A DNA stretch of 64,000 bases from Dehalococcoidia bacterium (GCA_034420475.1 DAOULH010000011.1:12762-76761); one strand, 5' to 3'; numbered from the stretch's first letter, positions 18,061 through 27,658 are shown. A program made the numbers and translations. The notes: a model not told the origin generated them from the sequence alone.

Positions 18061-18369
18061 TCAGTCGTCAGCGGGAGCCGGCGCCGCCGGTTCAGCGTTC
18101 GGCAACGGAACAATGGCCTGGCTGCCGTCGGCGTGCACGTGCCGGTAAAGCAAGCTGATTGCCTTCAACAACTCCTGGTGCCGGCGTTCATTGGCCTCTT
18201 CCATTTCTCGGAACCGCCGGTCAATATCCTTGTCCCGACGGTTAGTGTCGCGGATGTACCAGCCGACAATCAGAGATATGACCAGTGAAAAGTAGGCAAA
18301 CCAGATGCCGGCGAAAATCCCCAGCACTTGCCACAGGTCTGAATACGTCACTAGGTTAGCGGTTTCCAC
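18061..18369 (-). CDS. Small hypothetical protein: N-terminal TM helix plus short coiled coil
   Basis: Hydrophobic LWQVLGIFAGIWFAYFSLVISLIVGWYI then charged helix; GGAG-like RBS upstream. Confidence 0.55.
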   Translation of the reverse strand: METANLVTYSDLWQVLGIFAGIWFAYFSLVISLIVGWYIRDTNRRDKDIDRRFREMEEANERRHQELLKAISLLYRHVHADGSQAIVPLPNAEPAAPAPADD

Positions 18370-18476
18370 TCATTCCCCGCTTGGCGTGGCTTATCGTTCT
18401 TCGCCCCGCCGGCTTCGCTTTATCGTATCATCACCTCGGCAACCGGACAATCGCCACACTGATGGAGAACCATCTG

Positions 18477-19322
18477 ATGCAAGCCATCGATATGCACATC
18501 CACGTGCCCCGTGAACCGGGGCTGCCCGAGATCGAAATTGAGGCGGAACTGTTGCGTTACTTCCGGGCGCCGCCGCCGCCCACGGATCCGGCGGAGATGG
18601 CCGACAAGTTCCGCGAACTGGACCTGTTCGGCGTGATTTTCTCGGTGGACACCACCACCAACACCGGCGAGAAACCGGACAGCAACGACTGGGTAGCCAG
18701 CATCGTCAACTCACACCCCGAGCAGTTCATGGGGTTCGCCTCGGTGGACCCGTGGTTGGGCAAGGCAGCCTGCTACGAGCTGGAGCGGTCGGTGAAGGAG
18801 CTTGGGCTGAAGGGGTTGAAACTGCATCCCATTCATCAGGCCTTTTTCCCCAACGACACAAAGTTTTACCCGTTATATGAGGTGGCCGACGGTCTGGGCA
18901 TCCCGGTGCTGTTCCACTCCGGGTTCGCCGGCGCTGGCTCGGGCACGCCGGGCGGCAGCGGCCTCAAGCTGAAATACAGCCAACCCATACCCTGCTTTGA
19001 CGACGTGGCCGCCGACTTCCCGAACATGACCATCATCATGGCCCACCCCGCCTGGCCCTGGATCGACGAGCAAATCGCCGTGGCCCTGCATAAATCCAAC
19101 GTCTTCCTGGATCTGTCCGGCTGGATGCCCCGGTTCATACCGGAAACACTGATCCGGGAGACCAATACGCGGTTACAGGACAAGGTGATGTTCGGTTCCG
19201 ACTACCCGTTCATCCAGCCGGACAACTGGCTGGCGGATTTCCAGAACCTCCAAATGCGCGACCACGTGATCCCCAAGGTGCTCCTGGAAAACGCCCGCCG
19301 CGCGCTCAACGTCCCCGCCTGA
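18477..19322 (+). CDS. Amidohydrolase_2 family protein
   Basis: AIDMHIH, GLKLHP, VLFHSG, IIMAHPAWPW, DLSGW.P, FGSDYP. Start 18477 after GGAG. Confidence 0.88.
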   Translation: MQAIDMHIHVPREPGLPEIEIEAELLRYFRAPPPPTDPAEMADKFRELDLFGVIFSVDTTTNTGEKPDSNDWVASIVNSHPEQFMGFASVDPWLGKAACYELERSVKELGLKGLKLHPIHQAFFPNDTKFYPLYEVADGLGIPVLFHSGFAGAGSGTPGGSGLKLKYSQPIPCFDDVAADFPNMTIIMAHPAWPWIDEQIAVALHKSNVFLDLSGWMPRFIPETLIRETNTRLQDKVMFGSDYPFIQPDNWLADFQNLQMRDHVIPKVLLENARRALNVPA

Positions 19323-19464
19323 TTGCAGTGCCGCGAGTTTCGGGTGCATCCCGGCCCGGGTAAGACCGGGTTGCGTGAAGTCGGCGGAGCCTGAATGGTC
19401 AGGCAATCCCCACGGCGAGGCCGGGCGTATGCGGTATGGAATACCAAGATTAGAGGTTGCCACC

Positions 19465-20931
19465 ATGACGAAATGGGTCGCCGCCATCGCCATCCTGCTC
19501 ATTATTGTCGGTTCGTTCGCTTTCGAGGCGAGAAGCGCCGATGCCCAACAGGCGATCACCGTCACCGAACAGGGCGTCGAAAACCAGTTTCCCGATGGCT
19601 TGCGCTTCTACCTGCAAGCCGAAAGCTCCAGTCCGATTGAGGAAATCCGCGTCTACGTCCGCAAGCTGGGTCAGTCCAGCCGCAGCGTGTATCGCACCGT
19701 GGAGTTTGAGCCGGGCGAGCGCATCTCCGGCGAGGCCCTGTTCCAGAGCAAGACGGCCAACGAGTTTATACCCGCGGGAACCCGGCTTTCGTATTACTTT
19801 GACATCCGCACGGCCGATGGGCAAAGGCTGGAAACCGAGCCGGACGTCCTGGTGTACCTGAACCGCGGCCTGGACTGGGATAAGGTTTCTGATGACCTGA
19901 TCAACGTCTACTACTACCGTCATACGAGTCAATCGGAGGAGCGGGCCCAACAGGTGCTGGAGGTCGCCGCGGACACCTACGCCCACATGGGGCCGATCTT
20001 GGGCGTGGAGTTGACCGAGCCCATGAACCTGGTGGTCTATTCGGACTACGCAGACATGCGCGTCGCCCTGCCACCCAAGTCCCGGGTGGCTGCGCAACAA
20101 CTGCGCACCCTGGGCCAGGCGTTCACCAACGAGCGGACGTTGTTGGTCGATGGATCCAACGACGTGTTTATCGGCGACAATATACTGAGCACCACGGCCC
20201 ACGAGTTCACGCACCTGCTGGTGGCAGACGCCGCGGGAACCGCCTTCGGCCAGGTTCACGTGTGGTTGAACGAAGGCCTGGCGGTGTATTCGGAAGGCGA
20301 GGACAACACGGATTTTGGCCGGTTCGTGAACACCGCCATACGCAACGACGCTGTGCCGCCGCTGGCCAGCCTGCGCACCTACTCCGGCACACCCGAGGAA
20401 ACGCTGCGCAACTACGGTTTGGGCCACTCTGTGGTGACGTACATGCTAGACACTTACGGCACGGAGAAAATGACCCGGCTGTTTGACGCCATCCGCACCA
20501 TGCACAACTTCGAAAAGTCGTTGGAAGCGGCCTACGGGCTCACCATCATAGAACTGGACAACGAGTGGAGGGAATCGCTGGGCCTGTCCCCGCGCGAATT
20601 GTCCACGCCGGTGTTGCCGGCTTTCCAGGCGATACCCACCCGTCGCCCGACACCGACACCCGCGGGGTTGGCTCAGCAGGCCCCGGCGCCTCAGGCCCCG
20701 GCGTCGCCGACTGCTGCGCCCGTGCCCACCAGCGAACCGGCGCCCACGTACACACCCATGCCGGCTCCCACCACCACAACGCCGTCCACAACGCCGTCCG
20801 GAGGCGGCTGCAGCGCGCCGCCTCCGGGACCAACGAGCCGGAACCTTCCCACGGAACTGGCGTCGGCCGCGCTGCTGGCCGGGCCGCTGGGGCTGCTGGC
20901 TTTGGGTGCAGCACGGCGGCGACGGCGGTGA
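19465..20931 (+). CDS. Peptidase MA-like zinc metallopeptidase, exported, with Pro/Thr linker and C-terminal GGGC-TM-basic tail
   Basis: Signal peptide MTKWVAAIAILLIIVG...ADA; AHEFTH (HExxH) and WLNEGLA; C-terminus SGGGCS...AALLAGPLGLLALGAARRRRR. Confidence 0.8.
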   Translation: MTKWVAAIAILLIIVGSFAFEARSADAQQAITVTEQGVENQFPDGLRFYLQAESSSPIEEIRVYVRKLGQSSRSVYRTVEFEPGERISGEALFQSKTANEFIPAGTRLSYYFDIRTADGQRLETEPDVLVYLNRGLDWDKVSDDLINVYYYRHTSQSEERAQQVLEVAADTYAHMGPILGVELTEPMNLVVYSDYADMRVALPPKSRVAAQQLRTLGQAFTNERTLLVDGSNDVFIGDNILSTTAHEFTHLLVADAAGTAFGQVHVWLNEGLAVYSEGEDNTDFGRFVNTAIRNDAVPPLASLRTYSGTPEETLRNYGLGHSVVTYMLDTYGTEKMTRLFDAIRTMHNFEKSLEAAYGLTIIELDNEWRESLGLSPRELSTPVLPAFQAIPTRRPTPTPAGLAQQAPAPQAPASPTAAPVPTSEPAPTYTPMPAPTTTTPSTTPSGGGCSAPPPGPTSRNLPTELASAALLAGPLGLLALGAARRRRR

Positions 20932-21007
20932 GCGGAAACAACTGACCAACTGAACCAGAACATTGTCTGACCGGGGGTTCTTCCCCGCCGGCCCAGGAGG
21001 TATTGAT

Positions 21008-21988
21008 ATGCGCGCAGTCTGGTATGAGGAAAACGGTGACGCCTCAGTGTTGCAAGTAGGCGAGATGCCTGACCCGGAGCCAGGGCCCGGCGAGGTGCGG
21101 ATTCGGGTGGTCACGTCGGGAGTGAACCCGTCGGACTGGAAACGGCGTCAGGGCACGTCCGCTCGGATCAGCCACCCTCGCATCATCCCCAACCAGGACG
21201 GCGGCGGCATCATCGACATGGTCGGTGACGGCGTGCCCGAGAGTCGCATCGGCGAGCGGGTATGGCTCTACCAGTCGCAGTTCGGGAGAGCATTTGGCAC
21301 GGCGGCGGAGTACACGGTGCAGCCGTCGAACCGGGCCGTCCGGATGCCGGACAACGTGGACTTCACGCTGGCGGCCGGCCTGGGTGTGCCCGCCCTCACC
21401 GCGCACCGCTGCGTGTTCGCCGACGGGCCGTTGGGCGGCAAGACCGTCCTGGTGCCCGGAGGCGCGGGCGCCGTGGGCAACATGGCGCTGCAAATGGCGA
21501 AACTCGGCGGCGCCGAACGCATCATCAGCACCGTGAGCGGCGACGCCAAGGCCGAAATCGCCCGGCAGGCCGGCGCGCAGCACACCGTCAACTACCGCGC
21601 CGAGGACACGGCGGCGCGTATCCTGGAAATCACCGACGGCGCAGGAGTCGACCTGATCGTCGAGGTGGACTACTCCGGCAACTTCGCCGTGAGCCAGCGG
21701 ATCATCAAGCGGGGCGGCAGCATCGCCATCTACGCCGCCGGAGACGGGCCGGCGCCTCCCTTCGAGTTCCCCGTAAGCAACGTCAACGTTCGCCACGTCC
21801 TGGTCTACGACATGCCCGAGGAAGCCAAGACTACCGGGGTCGAAGACACCAACCGCTGGCTGGCATCCGGAGAACTCGTAGGAATGGACGGCCCCCACTT
21901 CCCGCTGGAAGACACCGCCGGCGCCCACGAAGCAGTCCGCGCGGCCATCGTCGGCAAGGTGGTGATCGACGTCAGCGACGGCAAGTGA
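21008..21988 (+). CDS. NADPH:quinone reductase (MDR/zeta-crystallin family)
   Basis: GVNPSDWK, PNQDGGG.I, GTAAEY, LVPGGAGAVG. Confidence 0.88.
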   Translation: MRAVWYEENGDASVLQVGEMPDPEPGPGEVRIRVVTSGVNPSDWKRRQGTSARISHPRIIPNQDGGGIIDMVGDGVPESRIGERVWLYQSQFGRAFGTAAEYTVQPSNRAVRMPDNVDFTLAAGLGVPALTAHRCVFADGPLGGKTVLVPGGAGAVGNMALQMAKLGGAERIISTVSGDAKAEIARQAGAQHTVNYRAEDTAARILEITDGAGVDLIVEVDYSGNFAVSQRIIKRGGSIAIYAAGDGPAPPFEFPVSNVNVRHVLVYDMPEEAKTTGVEDTNRWLASGELVGMDGPHFPLEDTAGAHEAVRAAIVGKVVIDVSDGK

Positions 21989-22033
21989 TCGTCGGGCTTG
22001 CCCCACTGTGGAGCCGAAAGCCGGACCAATCGT

Positions 22034-22501
22034 CTAGCGATTTTCGAACCGGGCGGGCCGCTCCACCATCGCCCGCTCCAGGGCAACCTTCAGCCGCTCG
22101 CTGAAGAACCGGCTGGTGGACGATATGATGCGGTGTTCCTGGCGGTCCTCCCGCTGAGTGGGCAGCGTCACGATGACGTGGTACACCTTGAACTTGTTGG
22201 ACCGGATGCGATTGCTCCACCAGGTCACCGCCACCGCCATCAGCACCACTAAGATCCCCATGGTCAGCCAGGCGCCGGCGAACCCGCCCACCGCGGCCAC
22301 GGCGAACCCGATGATTCCGCCGCCGCCCACGGTGCGCCACCAGCGGATCGGCGGCCGGTCCGATTCCTCCTCGACGATCTCCATGTCAACGGCAAGGATG
22401 TCCTCGATGCGGTACTCCTTGCCTTCGGGCTCGATGAACCGCTCGTAGGTGACGAGCACTCCGTGCTCTCTGAACAGGACCCGGTCTTTCGATACCGCCA
22501 T
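22034..22501 (-). CDS. Hypothetical membrane protein (DUF6232-like)
   Basis: Beta-rich N-terminus, two TM helices, C-terminal YHVIVT..II.S...F...L..AL. Confidence 0.5.
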   Translation of the reverse strand: MAVSKDRVLFREHGVLVTYERFIEPEGKEYRIEDILAVDMEIVEEESDRPPIRWWRTVGGGGIIGFAVAAVGGFAGAWLTMGILVVLMAVAVTWWSNRIRSNKFKVYHVIVTLPTQREDRQEHRIISSTSRFFSERLKVALERAMVERPARFENR

Positions 22502-22530
22502 GGGCCTTGCTCCTTCAGACTCCGGTACGG

Positions 22531-23301
22531 CTACTGCGCCGTGGTGCCGCCGTCGATCACCAGCTCCGACCCGGTCATGAACGACGACTCGTCCGACGCC
22601 AGGAAGACGATGCCGTAGGCGATGTCATCGGCATTGCCCACCCTTCCCATGGGGATCTGCTCGTTGATCCAGGTGAAGTGCCGTTCGTTCTCGTAGCTGC
22701 GAGCCGTCAACGGGGTGCGGCAGTAACCGGGGTGAATGGAGTTGGCGCGGATATTATCCCCGGCATACTGGATGGCCGTGGACTTGGTCAAAAGGCGAAT
22801 CGCGCCCTTGCCAGCATGATAGGCAGTTGACGTGGGGCTGCCCACCAGGCCGTAAATGGAGGAAATGTTGACGATGGAACCGCCCCCGGCCTTGAGCATC
22901 TCCGGAATGGCGCACTTGGTTCCCAGGAATGTGCCCTTGCCGTGAACGTCCATCTGCCCGTCCCACGCCTCTTCGGTGGTTTCTTCCACCGTGTAGCGGG
23001 CGCCGGAGCCGGCGTTATTCACCAGCACATCGAGCTTGCCGAACGCGGCCACGGTGGCGGCAACGGCATCGATCCAGTCCTGCTCCTGGGTCACGTCGAG
23101 CTTGACGAAGATGGCATCGCCGCCGGCGGCCCGGATCTGCTCGGCGGTGCGTTCGCCGCCCTCCGTGTTGATGTCGCCCAATACGACCCTGGCGCCCTCG
23201 CGGCAAAACATACGCGCCGCCGCCCCGCCAAAGCCCATCAACTCGCCCTCTACACCGCTGGCGGCTCCACTGATGAGCGCAACCTTGCCTTCCAATCGCA
23301 T
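22531..23301 (-). CDS. Short-chain dehydrogenase/reductase
   Basis: KVALISGAASG, LVNNAG, NISS, YHAGKGA (YxxxK), IRANSIHPG. Confidence 0.92.
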   Translation of the reverse strand: MRLEGKVALISGAASGVEGELMGFGGAAARMFCREGARVVLGDINTEGGERTAEQIRAAGGDAIFVKLDVTQEQDWIDAVAATVAAFGKLDVLVNNAGSGARYTVEETTEEAWDGQMDVHGKGTFLGTKCAIPEMLKAGGGSIVNISSIYGLVGSPTSTAYHAGKGAIRLLTKSTAIQYAGDNIRANSIHPGYCRTPLTARSYENERHFTWINEQIPMGRVGNADDIAYGIVFLASDESSFMTGSELVIDGGTTAQ

Positions 23302-23442
23302 CGTGCAACCTCCTGCCTTCGACGTCTTGCCTGTCGGACGCCGGCATTATAGCAGGGGTAACTGCGGTTTCAGGGCCGGCGCCACAGCTACGGGCAAGAC
23401 GGCTATCGGCGCCGCCCTGCCCCGCGGAGACTGCCAAGCGGT

Positions 23443-23448
23443 TATAAT
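23443..23448 (+). promoter_or_regulatory. -10 box (TATAAT) upstream of the MBL hydrolase
   Basis: Perfect TATAAT in a divergent intergenic region, about 57 bp before the ATG; GGAGG RBS follows. Confidence 0.45.
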
Positions 23449-23504
23449 GCGCGCCGTATAGTATTGAATACTATTGCCGCTCCCGCGCCAGGAGGAACCC
23501 TCAA

Positions 23505-24638
23505 ATGCCCGACTACTTCACCGAGATCGATGTCCTCCGTAACGGCGACTCCGCCGGCAACGGCATGACCCTGCGGCTGACCGATGGGTACGGGCGAACC
23601 ATTCACACCGTCGCCGTCCCCCAGGAAGGGCACTCCCATACCGGTCCGACCTGGGCGTACATCTTCGAGAACGAAGGACTCACGCTCATCGATCCCGGGG
23701 CGGAAGCATCTTTCCACCTGCTGCAGTCCGGTATGGCCCTGGGCGGGCTGGAAGTGCGGGACATCGAGCGGGTGATCATCACCCACGGCCACGCCGACCA
23801 CGACGGCGGTGTGGCCCGCGTCATCGAGCAGTCGGGAGCCGAGCTGTGGGCGCACGACATCTACCAGCCACTGCTGCCCTTTGACCCCAGGGACCTGCAA
23901 ATGGCCACCAATTCGCCGATCAAAGAGGCCATGTGGACCACAGCGCGAGCCAATGGGTTCGCGCATTCCGATTCCGAAGAGCGCCAACGCTACATGGCTT
24001 CCCGTCGCACTCACCACGTCGGTCACCCGATAACGCACGGCGAGCAGCAGGGCATCCTGACCTACATGCACGCCCCCGGTCACTCGCCCGACGAAATCTG
24101 CGCCGTCATCGGCAACGGGACGGGCAGCGACATCGTCTTCACCGGCGATCACGTGCTCCCTGAAATCAGCCCCCATCCCACCATGAAGACCGATTACAGC
24201 GGCGAGGTGCGCCGCAACCTGCCCCTTCACTACCAGGACCCCGACGACTCCTACGGCTTGCTGACCTACCTGCGCTCACTGCAGCGGGTGGCCGACCTGG
24301 GAACCGAGGTGGCGATCCTGCCGGCCCACCGGCTCTACAACAACCACAAGTTCAACTTCCAGACCGCGCAACGGGCCTCCGACCTGATCCGGTTCCATGC
24401 CCGCCGGCTGGGCCGCATCCTGGTTACGGCCGGCCCGGAACCCCAGCCCCTGGAAGACGTGACCCGCCGGACCTTCGAGCGCCGCAAGCTGGAAGGCGGC
24501 AACTTCTTCGCCGCCCTCACGGAAGTAGTCGCCCACGTGGAACTCCTGGAAGACTCCGGCGACCTGGAGATCACGGATGAACTGCGCCTGCGTCGCACCG
24601 GCCGGGAGAACTACCAGGAGCTACTGCGGGCGCTGTAA
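23505..24638 (+). CDS. Metallo-beta-lactamase fold hydrolase
   Basis: ITHGHADHDGG (HxHxDH), APGHSPD, FTGDHVL, ILPAH. Confidence 0.88.
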   Translation: MPDYFTEIDVLRNGDSAGNGMTLRLTDGYGRTIHTVAVPQEGHSHTGPTWAYIFENEGLTLIDPGAEASFHLLQSGMALGGLEVRDIERVIITHGHADHDGGVARVIEQSGAELWAHDIYQPLLPFDPRDLQMATNSPIKEAMWTTARANGFAHSDSEERQRYMASRRTHHVGHPITHGEQQGILTYMHAPGHSPDEICAVIGNGTGSDIVFTGDHVLPEISPHPTMKTDYSGEVRRNLPLHYQDPDDSYGLLTYLRSLQRVADLGTEVAILPAHRLYNNHKFNFQTAQRASDLIRFHARRLGRILVTAGPEPQPLEDVTRRTFERRKLEGGNFFAALTEVVAHVELLEDSGDLEITDELRLRRTGRENYQELLRAL

Positions 24639-24652
24639 CGGGAACGATAACC

Positions 24653-25057
24653 ATGCCTCAGATGTCCCCCATGCAACCATACGATGAACTCATTGAGACC
24701 ATCGAAGACTACCGCCTCCAGTCTCGCGAGTTTCTGGAGCGCAGCCGCCGCTACCTGGCCGACGACGACCTGCATCAGGCTTCGGAAAAAGGCTGGGGCG
24801 CCGCAGCCTGGATGGCCAAGGCCGTGGCAACCGCCCAAGAGTGGCAATACGACAAGCACGAGCATTTCGGCGAAGTGCTCTATCAGGCGGGCAAGCTAAC
24901 CGGAGACGACCGGATACGGTCCCTACGGGCTATCGCCAACAGCCTCCACGGCAACTTCTACCAGCGCAAGCGGTTCCTGCATTCTGACGACATCGCTGAT
25001 TCGCTGGACGAAGTAGCAATTCTGCTGGACTTGCTGGAGCCGCTGACGCACCGCTGA
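24653..25057 (+). CDS. PaREP1-like (HEPN-fold) protein, third copy
   Basis: DDLHQASEKGWGAAAWMAKAVA and ANSLHGNFY. Confidence 0.75.
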   Translation: MPQMSPMQPYDELIETIEDYRLQSREFLERSRRYLADDDLHQASEKGWGAAAWMAKAVATAQEWQYDKHEHFGEVLYQAGKLTGDDRIRSLRAIANSLHGNFYQRKRFLHSDDIADSLDEVAILLDLLEPLTHR

Positions 25058-25082
25058 ACCCCATTACACGGAGAGGATCATT

Positions 25083-25865
25083 ATGTCTCTGGAAGGAAAA
25101 GTTGCCCTGGTCACCGGCGCCGGGCGCGGCATGGGTCGAGCAACGGCGCTGGCATTGGCAGGCGACGGGGCTGATGTTGCCGTCACCGACATTCTGGCGG
25201 ACGCCGTGGAAGAAACGTCCACCGACGTCCGGGCCACGGGACGCAACAGCGTTGCCATCGCGGCCGACATCGGCGATGGCGCCGACATTGACCGGGTGAT
25301 CGCCGACACCGTGAGCGCGTTGGGGCGGGTGGACATCCTGGTCAACAACGCCGGAGTCACCCGCTACCTCGACATCATGGACATCACCGAGGAGGACTGG
25401 GACCGCATCCACCGGGTGAACGCCCGCGGTGCGTTCTTCGTCATGCAGCGCACCGCCCGCCAGATGATCGACCAGGGCGGCGGCGGGCGCATCGTCAACA
25501 TCGCCTCCATCGCCGGCAAGGGTTATCGCGGCACCTCCAACGCGGCCTACGCCGCCAGCAAGGGCGCCGTCATATCCATGACGCTCATCGCGGCGCACCA
25601 GTTGGCGCGGTACGACATCAACGTCAACGCCATCTGCCCCGGCTCGACCATCACGGCCATGTCCACCAGCACCATGGAGCAGCGCGCGGCCGAGATGGGC
25701 ATATCCGTGGACGAGTTGCAGTCCCAACGGGCGTCCAACATCCCCATCGGCCGCGCCAACGAGCCGGAAGACATCGCGGCCATGGCCGCGTTCCTCGCCA
25801 GCCCGGGCGCGCGGAACATCACTGGCCAGACCATCAACGTGGACGGCGGGCTGGTGATGCACTAG
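25083..25865 (+). CDS. Short-chain dehydrogenase/reductase
   Basis: TGAGRGMG, LVNNAG, NIAS, YAASKGA, NVNAICPG. Confidence 0.92.
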   Translation: MSLEGKVALVTGAGRGMGRATALALAGDGADVAVTDILADAVEETSTDVRATGRNSVAIAADIGDGADIDRVIADTVSALGRVDILVNNAGVTRYLDIMDITEEDWDRIHRVNARGAFFVMQRTARQMIDQGGGGRIVNIASIAGKGYRGTSNAAYAASKGAVISMTLIAAHQLARYDINVNAICPGSTITAMSTSTMEQRAAEMGISVDELQSQRASNIPIGRANEPEDIAAMAAFLASPGARNITGQTINVDGGLVMH

Positions 25866-25936
25866 ACCCGCGCTCGCCCTTATCCCGACGAGCCAGCAGC
25901 CAAATAATCTTACGCGAATACGCCCCGTTTCCAGGA

Positions 25937-26710
25937 TCAGGACACCAGCACGGCCGGGCGGGATTCCGTTGTCAGTTGCGCCTCCAGCTCAGCGGTGCGG
26001 CGCGCCATCGCATCCAGATCGGCGCTGAATTGCGCCAGCGTATCGGCGTGCTCCTGGCGAGCCCGGCGCACCTTCTTCAACTCGCGATAGACGGCCCAAG
26101 CCGTCAAGAGGGGACCGATTACCAGCCCCACTATCGAGATCGCCCCCAGCGCAAAGCGGACCCCAGTGCCGGCAGCAATCGACCCCGTGGCGCCCCCGCC
26201 GGCGGCGGCAAACCTGGGCACAAATCCGACAACGCGAGGGCCGAAAGCCAGGAAACGGCTCGTCACCGGACTCGCCAGGCGCAGGATGCTGCCGGAGGAA
26301 GTTTTCCATACGGTAGAGGCGGCAAAGCTGGCGCCGTAGCGACCCACAATAAAGGCCGACGATCCTCGGGGCGCCCGGTGCAACAGCGATTGTTTGTTCC
26401 GGAAGGGGAGACTCAGCGGTATGCGGAATAGACGCTTGACCTTGGCATCGGGTTCCGGTTGAGGCTGCAAAACCTCCGGCAGGGGCGGGTCCGGCAAGCC
26501 AAGTTCGGCGCACAGCTGGCACTGATGCTGGTACTCAACCTGCATCGATTCAACGTGCTCCTGTCGGGCCAGATCCAGTTCCCGATGCAGTCGGGTCAAT
26601 TGGCGGTGGGCGCGTACCTTGACCACGGCCTGGATCACCGCGCAGATGCCGGCCATGACTATGGCCGCGATGATGGACGTGGTGAGAACCGTTACGATAT
26701 TCGAGCCCAT
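25937..26710 (-). CDS. Hypothetical membrane protein with coiled coils and a Gly/Ala-rich hydrophobic hairpin
   Basis: ORF 25937..26755; likely start 26710. TM at the N-terminus, second hydrophobic segment AAGGGATGSIAAGTGVRFALGAISIVGLVIGPLLTAWAV. Confidence 0.5.
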   Translation of the reverse strand: MGSNIVTVLTTSIIAAIVMAGICAVIQAVVKVRAHRQLTRLHRELDLARQEHVESMQVEYQHQCQLCAELGLPDPPLPEVLQPQPEPDAKVKRLFRIPLSLPFRNKQSLLHRAPRGSSAFIVGRYGASFAASTVWKTSSGSILRLASPVTSRFLAFGPRVVGFVPRFAAAGGGATGSIAAGTGVRFALGAISIVGLVIGPLLTAWAVYRELKKVRRARQEHADTLAQFSADLDAMARRTAELEAQLTTESRPAVLVS

Positions 26711-26780
26711 GACGTGCAGATAATTTGACCTCGGGAATATAGTACAGGTTATCACCGGCCGACACCGGCAGCGCTGGGCA

Positions 26781-27428
26781 CTACAGGCTGTAGCTGCCGA
26801 TGACGCGCCATTGCAGGTCGGTCGCCCATCGCCCGCCGGACCAGTCGTCGCCGGCCGCGTTGGACTCGAAGCGGGTCAGCGTCAAGCGCCACGCCCGGGT
26901 GATCTGCGACACCTTGAGCTCGTCGGTAACGGATCGCGCGAACTCGATGGCGCTGTCAAAGACCGAGTCGGGCAGGTTCGCGTGGGCCAGCAGCGGCATC
27001 TGGGGAGGAAAGTCGGGGCCGTAAACGCGCCGCGGACCGCCCGCACCCGAATTACGCTCCAAAAGGTCGGCCACCATCGACTGCAACCGATACAGCGATT
27101 CGTTGACTACCTCCGGCGAGAAATCAAGCCAGATGTTGCCGTCGTCGTCAGTATTGCGCGTGGCGGTGATCCCGCGGTTGAAGAGCGGAAACTTGGGAGA
27201 AACCCGGCGATAACGCTCTGCCAGCTGTTCCAGTTCTCGCGCCAGCAGGCTCTCAGCGTCCGGATCATCGGCCCCGTCAAAGGGAAAATAGTCCGACATC
27301 AGCATGTGCATCATGTGCATCTCGGCGGCCCAGCAAGCGAACTGGCCGCAAATCAACTGACGCGCCCGATAAGCGCGGGCAGTGAAGTCGGGGTCGGTGA
27401 GCAGGCTGACGCCGTAGCGAACTGACAT
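26781..27428 (-). CDS. Hypothetical protein, possible degenerate 2H phosphoesterase (2'-5' RNA ligase-like) fold
   Basis: YGVSL.TDP start, then two spaced pseudo-motifs HMLM and PQMPL where 2H enzymes have HxT; similarity judged by eye. Confidence 0.4.
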   Translation of the reverse strand: MSVRYGVSLLTDPDFTARAYRARQLICGQFACWAAEMHMMHMLMSDYFPFDGADDPDAESLLARELEQLAERYRRVSPKFPLFNRGITATRNTDDDGNIWLDFSPEVVNESLYRLQSMVADLLERNSGAGGPRRVYGPDFPPQMPLLAHANLPDSVFDSAIEFARSVTDELKVSQITRAWRLTLTRFESNAAGDDWSGGRWATDLQWRVIGSYSL

Positions 27429-27519
27429 CGAGTAGATTCCTGACCGGGCCGATAAAGTTATGGAAACAGTCTAGCGGGGCCTGCCCGTCGGGGCAACGGC
27501 GAACGCGGCAGCGTTACAA

Positions 27520-27563
27520 TTTAGGTAGTTTAACGTTCCCGTTTAGGTGGTTTAACTTTCCCG
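27520..27563. repeat. Two tandem imperfect 22-bp AT-rich direct repeats
   Basis: TTTAGGTAGTTTAACGTTCCCG (27520-27541) / TTTAGGTGGTTTAACTTTCCCG (27542-27563), 20/22 identical. Confidence 0.85.
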
Positions 27564-27590
27564 TCATTCCGGCGAAAGCCGGAATCCAGG
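27563..27590. repeat. dRS3-like palindrome GTCATTCC-N-GGAATCC
   Basis: GTCATTCCGGCGAAAGCCGGAATCCAGG; a second copy lies in reverse orientation at ~60048-60076. Confidence 0.6.
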
Positions 27591-27658
27591 AAGCCCTCGC
27601 ATCTGGAAATCCCGTTTATCCCGTCCATCCATGCAAAGAAACCACCTGAAATGAAACG

